Positions 50,932-61,489 of a stretch of DNA of 64,000 bases are shown here, one piece after another. Below the pieces are notes generated by a model, which saw only the letters and a program-made list of their open reading frames with translations, was not told where the DNA came from and did no database searches. The first letter of the stretch is position 1, and every line of letters starts with the position of its first letter. A program made the translations under genes and the position numbers. Source of the stretch: an uncultured Planctomycetaceae bacterium (GTDB lineage Bacteria > Planctomycetota > Planctomycetia > Planctomycetales > Planctomycetaceae); the NCBI GenBank assembly GCA_963815195.1, contig CAWFGE010000007.1, forward strand, positions 160,001-224,000, written 5' to 3'.

Positions 50932-53900
50932 TCAGAACAGGGCCCTGGCCTCGTCTTTTTCGGCGGGGGGCGGGGTTTTCTTCTTGCGGCCGCGCTTGGA
51001 TTCGTCGAGGCGATGCATGACCAACACGCCGGAAGACAGATGCGCCTCGGCGAGTTCCACCAGGTGCTGGTGATGCGTGAAGAAGATCACCTGTGTCCGC
51101 CGGGATAAGTCGGCGAGCACGTCGAGGGCCGCGACCGCCCGCTGGTCGTCGAAGTTGATCAGCACATCGTCGACAATGAAGGGCATCGGCGGGTGATGAT
51201 CGAGCCAGTCTTCCAGGCTGGCGATCCGGAGGGCGAGATACAACTGGTCCGCGGTGCCGTCGCTCATGCCTTTGACTTCGATGGACTCGTCGATGTCGCC
51301 GTGCCTCCGCACGCCGACGAGCCGGGGCCGGCCCTGGTCGTCGGCGTCGTTTTGCAGGCGAAGAAACGAGCTGCAGGTCAGCTTTCGGAACAATTTGCTG
51401 GCCCGCCCCAGCACCGGGCCCTGGTGTTTCTTGCGGTATCGCTCCGCCCCTTCCCGCAGCACGTCCGAGGCCAATCGCAGTTGGATGTAGCGTTCCAGGT
51501 GCTGGCTGATGTCCGCGAGGATCGCTTGTTTTTCCTCGGCGGCTTCCGCCGCCTGGCTGCCGCCGCTCTTGGCTTCGAGTTGATTTCGTTCCCGCTCGGC
51601 CGTCTCGATTTGCTGGGTCAGTTGCTGCTCGACCTCCGCGATGTGCCGATTCAAATCGGACAACTGCCCGCCGAGGTCGTCGGTCTCCTCGGCGTCGGCT
51701 TCCTGGAGAAACTCCTCGAACAAAGCGTCCCCCGCGAACCGCAGGATGTCCTCCCGCGTCTCGCTTTGAACCTGCTCGAGCTGAACGCGCCGCGCGGAAT
51801 TCTTTTCCGCCTGCGGGAGTTCTTCGACGAGCGCGCAGCCCGCCTGCCGGCACATTTGTTCGAGGGCCGTTTGATGACTTTGAATCTCCCGTGAGACGTC
51901 CTCCAAAGCGTGCTTCTGGGCTTCGTGGTCTTGTTGCAATGCGCGGAGTTTGTTGTCCGCTTCCTTGGCTTTCGCCCGTTCCGCGTGAAGCTGGCCGACC
52001 AGCTGCGTGGGCGAGAAATCGCCCGCGTCCCAGGCAAGCGATTGGACCACCGCCCGCACCCGCTCTTCAAATTGCGAATTGAAATCCTGCATATCACGAA
52101 CGCGGAGGGCTTCCTTGTCTCTGCTATTTCGCTGCTCAATCATCTGGTTGAGTGTTGTCAGATATGCGTTAGCCTGTGCGGACGTGGCATCATCCGGCAA
52201 GCCAAGTTTTGCCATCAGCGTGGCCCAACGCTCTTGCCATTTAGAGAACTCTTGTTTCGCATCTTTGGCGTCTTGCTCCAATGTCGGCAAATGGAGTTCG
52301 GTCTGGGCGATGTCTTCCTCCAAGCGATCCGACGAATTCTGCCGCTCGCTTAAGTCTTCCAACACCGCTTCCGCCTCCTCGACCAATTCGGCAAGCGGCC
52401 GCGTTTCTAGGCTCTTTCCATTCAGGCGAACGGACGTCAGACAAGAAATCAAGCGGTCGCGGTGTTCCTCGATCAGTTCGTCCAATCGCCCGGCTTGCGA
52501 ACGCTGCAGGTGCAAATCCTTGACTTTGAGCATCAAGTTCAGATGGCTTTGCAGCCATTCCCGCATCTCGGCGGGCGTTCCGGGTTCGATGCCCAGCGGC
52601 CGCCAGAGATTCTGCCACTCTTCGCCAATCCCTTTCCGCGTTTGTTCGCTTACCGCGATTTGTTTTTCGAGCCCCGGCTGCCGGGATTCGATCTTTGTTC
52701 GCTCGGCGAGCAGGCGTTGTTTTTCGCTGACGCGCCCGGCTTCCCGGCGGAGCTGATCGGACAACCCGTCCGCCTTTTCCACGGCGTGCGAAAACGCAGC
52801 CGCCAAATCAGCGGCGCCCCATGGCGCGACGAATTTCTCGACCTCCTTGGGGCAATCCTCGCCGTCCCGCCAATGGCGAACGATTAAATTCCAACCGGCG
52901 TCCCGCAGTTTGCGGGCGGCGGCGAGGTCCGCTTCCGTCGGCACCTCGCCTTCCTGTTCGAGCACCAGAAAGGTGTCTGCGATCTCGCGAAGCGCTTGGT
53001 GATCCCGCAACTGCTCCGATTCGAGTTCTTGAATCCGCTTGCCGGCCTCGCTGAAGCGGGAGTCGAACTGATTGACCGTCTCCCGCAGCGGCACGGTGAC
53101 TTGTTCGAGTTCCTCCAATGTCCGCGACCAGAACGGCAGCCGCCGGCAGTCGAGGGCCGCTTGCTTCTCGGCTTGCTCGAGCGCATGCTGTTTTTCCGTG
53201 CGCTCGGCTTCGAGTTGGCCGCGTTCCATCGCCCGTTTGAGAGCGGACTTGAGGGCCGAGAGATCGGGAACCGCCGGTTGCGTTTCGCGACGTTGCTTGA
53301 GCTCTTTCAGCTGCCGCTTGGTTTCCCCCAAATCACGTTCCGCGGACTGCAGTTTCTGCTCCAGCGCTTTTTGGTCTGGCCCCAATTCACCAACCAGCGT
53401 TCGGTCGGCGACTGAGATACGCAAATCCTCCGCATCCTTCAAAGAGGCACCGGGCCTGAGTTCCTTGAGCAATCGCCGGGCTTCGTTTTCGGCTGCCTGA
53501 CGGTTGGCTTCAATATCGGGACAGTCCTGCATGGATTGCCGATACTTTTCGATCTGCTGGTTGAGCGATTCAATCTCCGCCGCCTGTTCGAGGAGTGCTC
53601 GGTTGAACGTGATCGCCTCCAATTCGCCCGCGATGTGCTTCAAGTCGGCTTGAATCGTTTGATGAGATTGTTGCGATTTCAGAAGGTCATCGCGGACTTG
53701 CAGCCGGCGTTCGGAAAAGCCCGGCTCCAGGATCACCGCGTCTTTTAGCGTTTCTAAGTCCTTTTGGATCTCGCGGTATTTTTTGATGGGGTGCTTGGCG
53801 TTTTGGATCCGTTCGAGCCGGCTTCGTTCCCGCTCCCATTGTTTTTTTTGATCGATGAGCCCTTGCTTGCGCCGCTCGGCTTCTTCGAGCGCCTCGGCAT

Positions 53901-54525
53901 GCTGCCGCCATTCGTCGCTGCTGAGCCGGACCATTCGCAACCGCTCCTCGACGGTTTTGTATTTCTCGACGAGCGCATTGATCGTCGGATTGCTGCCCGT
54001 CAGGAGAAACAATTCCCGCATCTCGATTTCGATCGCGGTTTGCACTTCGGTGAGGGCCGAGAGGCCCGAGCCGGCGGCGAACAGGATGTGGGCCATCTCG
54101 CCTTCCGAGCGGATCATCTCTTCCCCGCCTCTCTTGAGCATTTCCCAATCCAAACCGAACTCGTGCTTAAAGCGGTTTTCATCGACGTGTCCCAAAAACC
54201 GGTCAAGGCAGTCGTCATTCAGAATCTCATTCTCCACCGTTCGCAGCGGGTGTTTGTCTTTCTTGAGCCGGGTGAAGCACAACTGCTCGCCGTGGTGATC
54301 TTCGAGCGTGGCTCCGAGTTTGAGTTGGTGATAGGGGATGCGAAAGTTATCGGCCGTTTGGCGTTCGATGCCGTAGAGCACCTGCCTGAGGGCCCGCAGC
54401 GCCGAGCTTTTGCCGGCTTCGTTGGGGCCGTAGATCAGATGCAAACCGAACTGCCCTTCGCGGAAGTCGAGCGTCTTCTTCGTAAACGGGCCGAAGGCGG
54501 CAAGGTCGAGTTCGAGGATTTTCAT
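50932..54525 (-). CDS. YhaN-like SMC/Rad50-type coiled-coil ATPase
   Basis: YGPNEAGKS, long coiled coil, MSDGTADQLYLALR, PFIVDD, FTHH. Confidence 0.92.
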   Translation of the reverse strand: MKILELDLAAFGPFTKKTLDFREGQFGLHLIYGPNEAGKSSALRALRQVLYGIERQTADNFRIPYHQLKLGATLEDHHGEQLCFTRLKKDKHPLRTVENEILNDDCLDRFLGHVDENRFKHEFGLDWEMLKRGGEEMIRSEGEMAHILFAAGSGLSALTEVQTAIEIEMRELFLLTGSNPTINALVEKYKTVEERLRMVRLSSDEWRQHAEALEEAERRKQGLIDQKKQWERERSRLERIQNAKHPIKKYREIQKDLETLKDAVILEPGFSERRLQVRDDLLKSQQSHQTIQADLKHIAGELEAITFNRALLEQAAEIESLNQQIEKYRQSMQDCPDIEANRQAAENEARRLLKELRPGASLKDAEDLRISVADRTLVGELGPDQKALEQKLQSAERDLGETKRQLKELKQRRETQPAVPDLSALKSALKRAMERGQLEAERTEKQHALEQAEKQAALDCRRLPFWSRTLEELEQVTVPLRETVNQFDSRFSEAGKRIQELESEQLRDHQALREIADTFLVLEQEGEVPTEADLAAARKLRDAGWNLIVRHWRDGEDCPKEVEKFVAPWGAADLAAAFSHAVEKADGLSDQLRREAGRVSEKQRLLAERTKIESRQPGLEKQIAVSEQTRKGIGEEWQNLWRPLGIEPGTPAEMREWLQSHLNLMLKVKDLHLQRSQAGRLDELIEEHRDRLISCLTSVRLNGKSLETRPLAELVEEAEAVLEDLSERQNSSDRLEEDIAQTELHLPTLEQDAKDAKQEFSKWQERWATLMAKLGLPDDATSAQANAYLTTLNQMIEQRNSRDKEALRVRDMQDFNSQFEERVRAVVQSLAWDAGDFSPTQLVGQLHAERAKAKEADNKLRALQQDHEAQKHALEDVSREIQSHQTALEQMCRQAGCALVEELPQAEKNSARRVQLEQVQSETREDILRFAGDALFEEFLQEADAEETDDLGGQLSDLNRHIAEVEQQLTQQIETAERERNQLEAKSGGSQAAEAAEEKQAILADISQHLERYIQLRLASDVLREGAERYRKKHQGPVLGRASKLFRKLTCSSFLRLQNDADDQGRPRLVGVRRHGDIDESIEVKGMSDGTADQLYLALRIASLEDWLDHHPPMPFIVDDVLINFDDQRAVAALDVLADLSRRTQVIFFTHHQHLVELAEAHLSSGVLVMHRLDESKRGRKKKTPPPAEKDEARALF

Positions 54526-55793
54526 GAGCCTTCCTCCTGGCTCAAGAGGCGGCCGATGACCAGGTTTTCCACGTCCTGCAAGGTCTTCTTGAGCCAATCC
54601 GGGTCGTCCACAAGGGCGCCGTCGGCGCCCTCGAAGACTTCCGCGGGGATCCGGCGTTTGAGGTCGTGAAAGCTCTCGCGGAGGGTTTCGAGCCTCTCCT
54701 CATCGCGGGACCATTCGCGCAGGCACGCCGAGAGCTCCGCAATCGGGCCGTCGAGTTCGCTCACATCCCGCGCGGCTTTCAGCGGCGTGGTCTGGAATTT
54801 GACTTTCTCGATCCACAACGCTTCCCCGGCTTGCTGAATGGCGGCGGCGCGGATTTGCTCGGTCCAATGGATCGGCTTTCCGAACAGCGAATCGTGGAGC
54901 GCGCACGCCCCGGAGAAGACCACCCGCACCGCGGCGGGGCGGTTGTCCGTGCGGCTTAATACATCATCCAACGCCTCGGCCAGGCGCTTGAGAATGTCGT
55001 CGGCTTCCTCAGTTCCCGCAACATCGACTTCGCAAATTTCCCAGCGGAAGGCGTCGAGCGCGTGAAAACTGTGGCCCGCGATTTGACGGTTGTCGCCCAC
55101 TTCCACGAGCAGGCAGCCTTTGGGGCCGGATTCGCGAACGTGCCGGCCCTGGATGTTGCCGGGGAAGGCGATCATCGGATTCCGCTCGTGCAGAATCTCC
55201 CGCTGATGGATATGCCCGAGGGCCCAATAGTCGTAGCCCTTGGCGATCAATCCGCCATGCGTGCAGGGGGCGTAATTCGCATGCCCTTCGCGGCCGTCCA
55301 CGCTCGTGTGCAATAGCCCGATGTTGAACCGCCCCGGCTCGGCGGCGGGATATTTCAACGAGAGATCCTGCTTGACGCTCGCGGATGCAAAGCCTTGGCC
55401 GTGGAGCGTCACCGGGAAACCCGGCACGCGATCGGAGGCGGGGGCATCGGTGGGAAACGGATGCACATTCGCGGGCAGCTTGAGGTTCTTGGTCATTTTG
55501 TTGGCGGCGTCGTGATTTCCCGAAATCAGGTACACCGGAATGCCCGCGTCGTTCAACTTCGCCATTTGCGAATTGAAATAGTGCCCGGTGTTGTAGTCGT
55601 CCCAATCGCCGTCGTAAACGTCGCCCGCGATGACCACGAACGCCACGCTTTCGTCGATCGCAAGCCGGACGAGATTGGCCAAAGCTTCCCGCGTGGCGAG
55701 GCGGATTTTCTCGACGGGGGCTCCGGGATATTGGCTGAGCTTGGTGAGCGGACTGTCCAAATGCAGATCCGCGGCATGCAAAAATTTAAACAC
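54522..55793 (-). CDS. YhaO-like SbcD/Mre11 metallophosphoesterase nuclease
   Basis: HAADLHLDSP, AGDVYD, GNHD, ALGHIH; ATGA overlap with the ATPase gene. Confidence 0.93.
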   Translation of the reverse strand: MFKFLHAADLHLDSPLTKLSQYPGAPVEKIRLATREALANLVRLAIDESVAFVVIAGDVYDGDWDDYNTGHYFNSQMAKLNDAGIPVYLISGNHDAANKMTKNLKLPANVHPFPTDAPASDRVPGFPVTLHGQGFASASVKQDLSLKYPAAEPGRFNIGLLHTSVDGREGHANYAPCTHGGLIAKGYDYWALGHIHQREILHERNPMIAFPGNIQGRHVRESGPKGCLLVEVGDNRQIAGHSFHALDAFRWEICEVDVAGTEEADDILKRLAEALDDVLSRTDNRPAAVRVVFSGACALHDSLFGKPIHWTEQIRAAAIQQAGEALWIEKVKFQTTPLKAARDVSELDGPIAELSACLREWSRDEERLETLRESFHDLKRRIPAEVFEGADGALVDDPDWLKKTLQDVENLVIGRLLSQEEGS

Positions 55794-56008
55794 GGTTGTC
55801 CTTTATGAATCCATACGTTTCGCCAGAAAACAACTGGCACTCCTGTCATACTCGAATGTACATTCTTCGCCGCATGGGGGGAACCGGCAGGGGGCGAAAA
55901 ATCTGGCTCTTCCGTCGGGGTTAGACTTTCCGCGGCCTGTGGCATTAAAATTGGGACACTCGAAGAATCTTCCGCATCTTGCCGCCGACATGGAAAGCCC
56001 GACGATCG

Positions 56009-58988
56009 ATGAGATGGACTCCCGCCCTCACCCGAAGCTCCCGGCTTGGATGGATGACTGTCTGCATTGTGCTGGGGGTTTGCCAGGATCCCGCGGGGCG
56101 AGTTTTCGCGGAAGAGGATCGGTATTCGGCGGAACTCGCCGACGGCAGCCGAATTTCCGGCGGCGAGATCCAGAACTGGAACGATCCCAAGCAGCGGCCG
56201 GCGCTCGGCGGGCGGGCCGTGTTCGACGAGAAGAACCCGTTCCGCTGGCTGATCGATCATTCGCTGTCGCCCGCTGCGAAGCCGGAGGCGTTCGTCGAGT
56301 TCTTTGGCGGCGATCAGTTGCCCGGCGAAGTTGTGGAATCTCGCAGCGGAGAGGAAGCGGAGTTCCTCGCGTTTGCCAAGCATCTCGTCGTCAATCCGAC
56401 GATCCCGCTGCATTCGCCGCGGGTTCAACAGAATTCGCCGCTGCGGGTGGAGACGCGGTGGCTCAAGCGGGTCGTGTGGGAGCCGCGGACGCTCGATCTG
56501 TATCAGCCGAGCACTTTGTTTTTGAAGGACGGGCGCGAAATTGGTTTTCGCTCGCTCCGGTGGATGAGCAAATCGGTCACGCTGCTGTTGGAAGAGGGGA
56601 TCGAGGAGTTTGCGTTTGACGACATCAAGGAAATCCATCTCCCGCTGCCGGATGTGTGGGCGATGTATTACGAGCGGATGGCGGTGCTCTCGCCGCGGTC
56701 GGCGCTGACAATCGAAAACCCGGCCCGCATCGTGCAGTTGGAAACGACGGACGGTTTAAAGGCGACGGTTTCGACGGAGCGGCTCGAGCCGTTCGTCCAC
56801 GGCAACAAGAACAAATCCGAAAGCTGGTATCATCAATGTCAGCCGGCGTGGAGCCTGGACCCGTTTTGGGTGCGGTTTGACAGCGTGTGGAGCCGGCGGT
56901 TTTTCTGGCCGCACGAGGTGCCGCTGACGAACATCGCCCCCGTCTCCGCCCGGCAGAATTCGCCCTTGGGCAACAGTTGGTATTGGCAGCGCGACCGCAA
57001 CGTGTATCGGCAGCCGCTCGAAGCCGGGGGCAAGGATTACGGCTGGGGCTTCGGCGTGCATGCCGAGCACGAGATGGTCTTTCCGCTGCCGGCGTCCGCG
57101 CGGGTCTTCCGCACGCGGGCGGGGCTGGATCAATCGGTTGGCGACGGCGGCTCGGTCAAGTGGCAGGTCGCGATCCATGGTGCCGAGGACAAAACGCTCT
57201 ATCAAAGCCCGGCCGTCATCGGCACCAATCAAGTCTTGGACACCGGCCGCTTGAACCTCGGCGCGCCCCAAAGCGAAAGCCCGTCCCGTCAGTTGGTGTT
57301 GTCGGTCGATCCGTTGTTGAACTCGGCCCCGGCGGGGGCGGATCCGTTGGACATCCGCGATTCGCTCAACTGGCTCGAGCCGGAGTTGGAGCTCGACCGC
57401 GAGGAGTTAAAGAAAGAAATCGCCCGCCATGCGGTTTCGCAGATTCCCGCGCTCGCGGATTGGACCTTGGAAACCGGCGCGGGAGGCGTTGTGTTAGGCA
57501 ATCAGTGGGACGAGTACGACCGGCAGGATCCCAGGTATCGGGTGTTGCTGGGACCTGCGGGGCGGTTTTGCTCGCTGACAAAATCGCTGACCATCGGCAC
57601 GCAGGACCGCTGGCTGATGCTCGCGGTCAATCGCACCGATGACAAGGCTCCGCCCGTGCGGCTCCAGGTGCAGATCGAGGGGGCGGTGCTCGCGGATTTG
57701 GAAATCCCCGCCGCCCGCGATGCCAAGGGGCCGGATCCGCTGCTGGTTCCGCTCAGAGATTTCCGCGGCCAAACCGTCAACCTGCGGCTGGTGCAATATA
57801 CCGATCCCAAAGCCCAGCCCAAAACTCCGGAAGAAACGCAGGCCGACTGCGTGGACTGGCGGGGGATTGCCACGAGTCCCCATCGTCCCGGTTTGTTGCC
57901 TTTGCTCCACGAAAACGCCAAGTTTTTGGAGAAGCTCACCGAAGGCGAAGGCGTGGCGGAACTCGATGCGGCCGAGCCGTTTTCCGGGAAGACGAGCCTC
58001 AAGGTTACGCCGTCGGAGCGCGGGAGTTCGCGAATCCCCGGCCTGCGAATCCCGATCCGCGCGCTGCCCCGCTTGGGCGAATATCGCTTTATTTCCTTCG
58101 CCTGGAAAAAGACCGACGGGCAGGACGTCGCGCTCGCGTCTGGCGCATCAGGGCGTGTTGGGCGGCGATGAATTTGGAAGGCCCCGCATCCGCAAGGCTC
58201 CGAATCCGCTTCGCCCGCCGCTCCGCGCGAGACGTCCGCTGGATTCTGCCGGGCGCGGATTGCAGTATGGCTATCGCTATCTCCGCGGGAAGGGCGATCC
58301 CGAACAAGGTGCTGCGATGCGGTTGGAACGCAAGCTCCCCACAGACTGGCAGCGGGTCGAGCGGGACTTGTTCGGCGATTTCGGCGAGTTCACGCTGACG
58401 GGCTTTTCGCTGTTGTGCCCCGACGGATCGGCCGCGTGGTTTGATGAAATCTATCTCGCCCGCGACCGGCAGGATTTAGCGCATCTTCCCTCCCGCCAGC
58501 CCAAGAAACCGCCGGCCGATCCCAACGTCTTAGCGGCCGAGATTTCGCCGGAACGTCTCGGTTCGGCGAGCCGGCCGGTCGCGCCGCAGTTCGGAATCTC
58601 CAATACCAACGCCGGGGAAGGCGTCCAGCTTTTGAAAGAATACCAAGGCCGGCAGAACGTGCTGCGGACGCTGCCGCTCAATCAGCAAACGCCCTGCGTG
58701 TTGCGGGCGGCGGTGGTCTTGCCGGCCAAACAAAAAAGCCGGTTGGAGCTGGAAGTCCACCGCCATGCCGAGGGCGATTGGAATTTGATCGTCACCGCCA
58801 ACGGCGAGAAGCTCCAGGAGACGTTGATCAATAAAGACAACGCGGGCGAGACATGGTTCCAGGCTGCGGTGGACTTGACGAAATTCGCCGGGCAGCCGGT
58901 GCTCTTGGAAGTTCAAAACGCCGCCAACAACTGGAGCCACGAGGACGCGTATTGGAGCCGGTTGGAAATCGTCCACGAGAAAAAATAG
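56009..58988 (+). CDS. Large secreted NPCBM/NEW2-domain protein, frameshift near 58140
   Basis: Signal-like N-terminus; GKDYGWGFGVHA...FRTRAGLD...GGSVKW NPCBM pattern; continuation frame ends at 58988. Confidence 0.7.
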
Positions 58989-59006
58989 AGTGAAAACAGG
59001 AAAAAA

Positions 59007-59069
59007 GAGCCGCGCACGAAGTAAGCGGAAGCGAGGCGAAAGACGACCCGCTTACTTCGTGCGCGGCTC
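59007..59069. repeat. REP-like doublet, perfect 22-bp arms identical to 43299-43368
   Basis: GAGCCGCGCACGAAGTAAGCGG at 59007-59028; reverse complement at 59048-59069; different spacer. Confidence 0.9.
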
Positions 59070-59147
59070 CTGAGCGGTTCCTGCTCCGGCCGGTTTGCTT
59101 CTCTGTGATTTGTAAAAGCTCATCGATCGATATTCGGAGCGTGTATT

Positions 59148-59693
59148 TTGGCCGAGTTCCCTGCCCAGGCGGAAAATTCTCCAAACCGCTCTTGCGACGG
59201 CGGGCGAAAACCACTAAGACACCGCCCTCTCTCACAAAATCTCCCAAATCCAAATTCCAATCCTCAAACGACAACGACCCTCTGCCTCCGTCCCGCGGCT
59301 CGCGCGGCGTGGGGACTTTGGTGCGTGTTGCTCATTGGGGGCTTTTTCGTGGCGACGCGGTTGGAACCGGACCCCGAAGGGTTCGGCACCCATCGGCAAT
59401 TGGGATTGCCGCCGTGCACGGTGCGGGAAGCCCTCGGTGTGCCTTGTCCGAGTTGCGGCATGACGACCAGCTTCGCCCATTTTGTTCGCGGACAATGGAT
59501 TCAGGCGGCCCAGGCCAACGCGGCGGGCCTCTTGCTCGCGGTGCTGTGCGCGGTGCAGATCCCGTTTGCCCTCAAGTTTTGCATCACGGGCCGGTTTCGT
59601 TCGGTGGATTCCGCGTCGGAAATTTTTCTTGCATGTCTCGCGGCCGTGACTCTGGCCGCGGTGATCCAATGGGGCGTTCGGCTTTGCCTGTGA
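59148..59693 (+). CDS. DUF2752 membrane protein
   Basis: GTHRQLGLPPC...PCPSCGMTTSF; three TMs; start uncertain. Confidence 0.85.
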   Translation: MAEFPAQAENSPNRSCDGGRKPLRHRPLSQNLPNPNSNPQTTTTLCLRPAARAAWGLWCVLLIGGFFVATRLEPDPEGFGTHRQLGLPPCTVREALGVPCPSCGMTTSFAHFVRGQWIQAAQANAAGLLLAVLCAVQIPFALKFCITGRFRSVDSASEIFLACLAAVTLAAVIQWGVRLCL

Positions 59694-59756
59694 ACGGCGG
59701 CCGGCTCCTCAATCATCCCGAAAACTCGATTCCTTTAACGAAAGGTTCGCTCCGTC

Positions 59757-60473
59757 ATGGATGACGTGCGACGGCCGGCATCTCCGTCTCCCCGGTTGGG
59801 AGCAACCCCGTGGCGGGCCTTGGGGCAGTCGCTGTGCCTGGCGGCTTGCCTGTTGGGGCTCGCGGGGTGTTCGCTGTTCGTGATCGCGGGAAAGGTGCTG
59901 TTCGGCGACCCCACGCTCGTCTCCGCCTTCCATGAAGGCACCGGCGTGGACCTGGCCGACGGCGAGAAAAAAGTCGTCGTGTTGTGCTCCGCGCCGAGCA
60001 TGATCGAAGAAGGCGGCGAGCTTTCCGTGAATTACGAAATCGTGGAGGGGGTGTCCCGCCTGCTGAAGCGGGAAGGCATCCGGCTCATCGACAGCAACGA
60101 CGTCCGCACCTGGATGGACGACAACGGCGGACGGTTGGACGATCCTCGCGACCTCGCCGACGATTTCGATGTGGACTACATCCTCTACATCTCCCTGGGC
60201 CGGGTCAACTTCCACGAACCGAACAGCCCGGACTTGTACCGCGGCTCGGCCAGCGGCGACATATTCGTCTACCAGGTCAAAAAACGCGACGGCGAGACCC
60301 AGACGCACGAGGTGTTTTCCAAAGCGTTCACTTCGACTTATCCCGAATTCAATCCGGTGTCGGCGGACCAGATCGACTCCCTGCGGATTTTTCAAAAGAA
60401 ATTCCTGGACCGCGTCTCCGGACAATTGTCCCAACTGTTTTACGATCACAAAGTCAGCGAGGAGATTCAGTAA
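59757..60473 (+). CDS. Hypothetical lipoprotein
   Basis: LAGC lipobox; paralog of the next gene. Confidence 0.8.
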   Translation: MDDVRRPASPSPRLGATPWRALGQSLCLAACLLGLAGCSLFVIAGKVLFGDPTLVSAFHEGTGVDLADGEKKVVVLCSAPSMIEEGGELSVNYEIVEGVSRLLKREGIRLIDSNDVRTWMDDNGGRLDDPRDLADDFDVDYILYISLGRVNFHEPNSPDLYRGSASGDIFVYQVKKRDGETQTHEVFSKAFTSTYPEFNPVSADQIDSLRIFQKKFLDRVSGQLSQLFYDHKVSEEIQ

Positions 60474-60534
60474 TCCCGCTCGCTGTCTTGGACCGGACTC
60501 ACGTAGGAATCGTTTCCCCTATAGGGATCGTGTG

Positions 60535-61218
60535 ATGAAACTCAAAGAAAAATCGTTCCGCCGCGGGGTTCCCGCGGGATGGTTGGTCCTGTCCGTCGCC
60601 CTCATGGCGGGGACGCTCACGGGCTGCAATTACCTGCTGTTTGCCGGATATCTCATCGGGGGGCCGCCGTCGATTGCGCCGGCCTTCGACACGGAAACGG
60701 GCCTGTCCATGACCGACAAGGAGGTGACGGTGGCCGTCGTCTGCTTTGCGCCCAAGGAAGTCAAATGGGACTTTGCCAACATCGATTACGACCTGGCGAA
60801 GTACGTTTCCAACCGCATGTTTCTGAAGAAGATCAAAGTCATCAATCCGGACCGCATCCGGGCCTGGCTCGACAAACATCCCGACTGGGATTCGCCCGAC
60901 GAAATCGGGGCGGCGTTCGGCGCGAGCTACGTGGTCCATATCGAAGTCAACGATTTCAGCCTGTACGAGAAGAACAGCTCGGACCTGTTCCGCGGCCGGT
61001 CGGACGTGCTGGTGACGGTGTGGCAGATGGACGGCGAAACCGGCGAGCAGGTCTTTACGCGCAACCTGGAGTCCGTCTATCCCCGGGCCGTGCCCCGCTC
61101 GACGTACGACACCAAATACACGACCTTCAAACGCGAATACTTTGAAGTGCTCAGCGAGGACATCGGACAGTTGTTCTATGAGCATTACAACGGCGACGAC
61201 CTTATCAACGTCTACTGA
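60535..61218 (+). CDS. Hypothetical lipoprotein
   Basis: LTGC lipobox; shares E.NS.DL(Y/F)RG, YP and QLFY(D/E)H with the upstream gene. Confidence 0.8.
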   Translation: MKLKEKSFRRGVPAGWLVLSVALMAGTLTGCNYLLFAGYLIGGPPSIAPAFDTETGLSMTDKEVTVAVVCFAPKEVKWDFANIDYDLAKYVSNRMFLKKIKVINPDRIRAWLDKHPDWDSPDEIGAAFGASYVVHIEVNDFSLYEKNSSDLFRGRSDVLVTVWQMDGETGEQVFTRNLESVYPRAVPRSTYDTKYTTFKREYFEVLSEDIGQLFYEHYNGDDLINVY

Positions 61219-61232
61219 TTTCGGAGCGCCGA

Positions 61233-61291
61233 CGTAGCCGCGGCAGCTTGCCGCCGGCGCTCGATTTCGGCGGCTGGAATCCGCCGCTACG
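61233..61291. repeat. GTAG-type REP-like doublet
   Basis: CGTAGCCGCGGCAGCTTGCCGCCG ... CGGCGGCTGGAATCCGCCGCTACG. Confidence 0.65.
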
Positions 61292-61489
61292 GACGTGGAA
61301 TCTTGACGGTGCGGCAAGGCCGAGCGTCTGAGGAAAAACGGGAAGAGAGAACGAACGTGCGGGCGATCATCCCCCGCGCGTTCGTTTTTCTTCGGGCGGG
61401 AAGTTTTGTGCGTGAAACGAGGGGAGCGTTCGGTTTAAGATGATGGATGGTCTACCGTGCTTTCCATCCCCCGTGGCCGCCCGTTTTTC

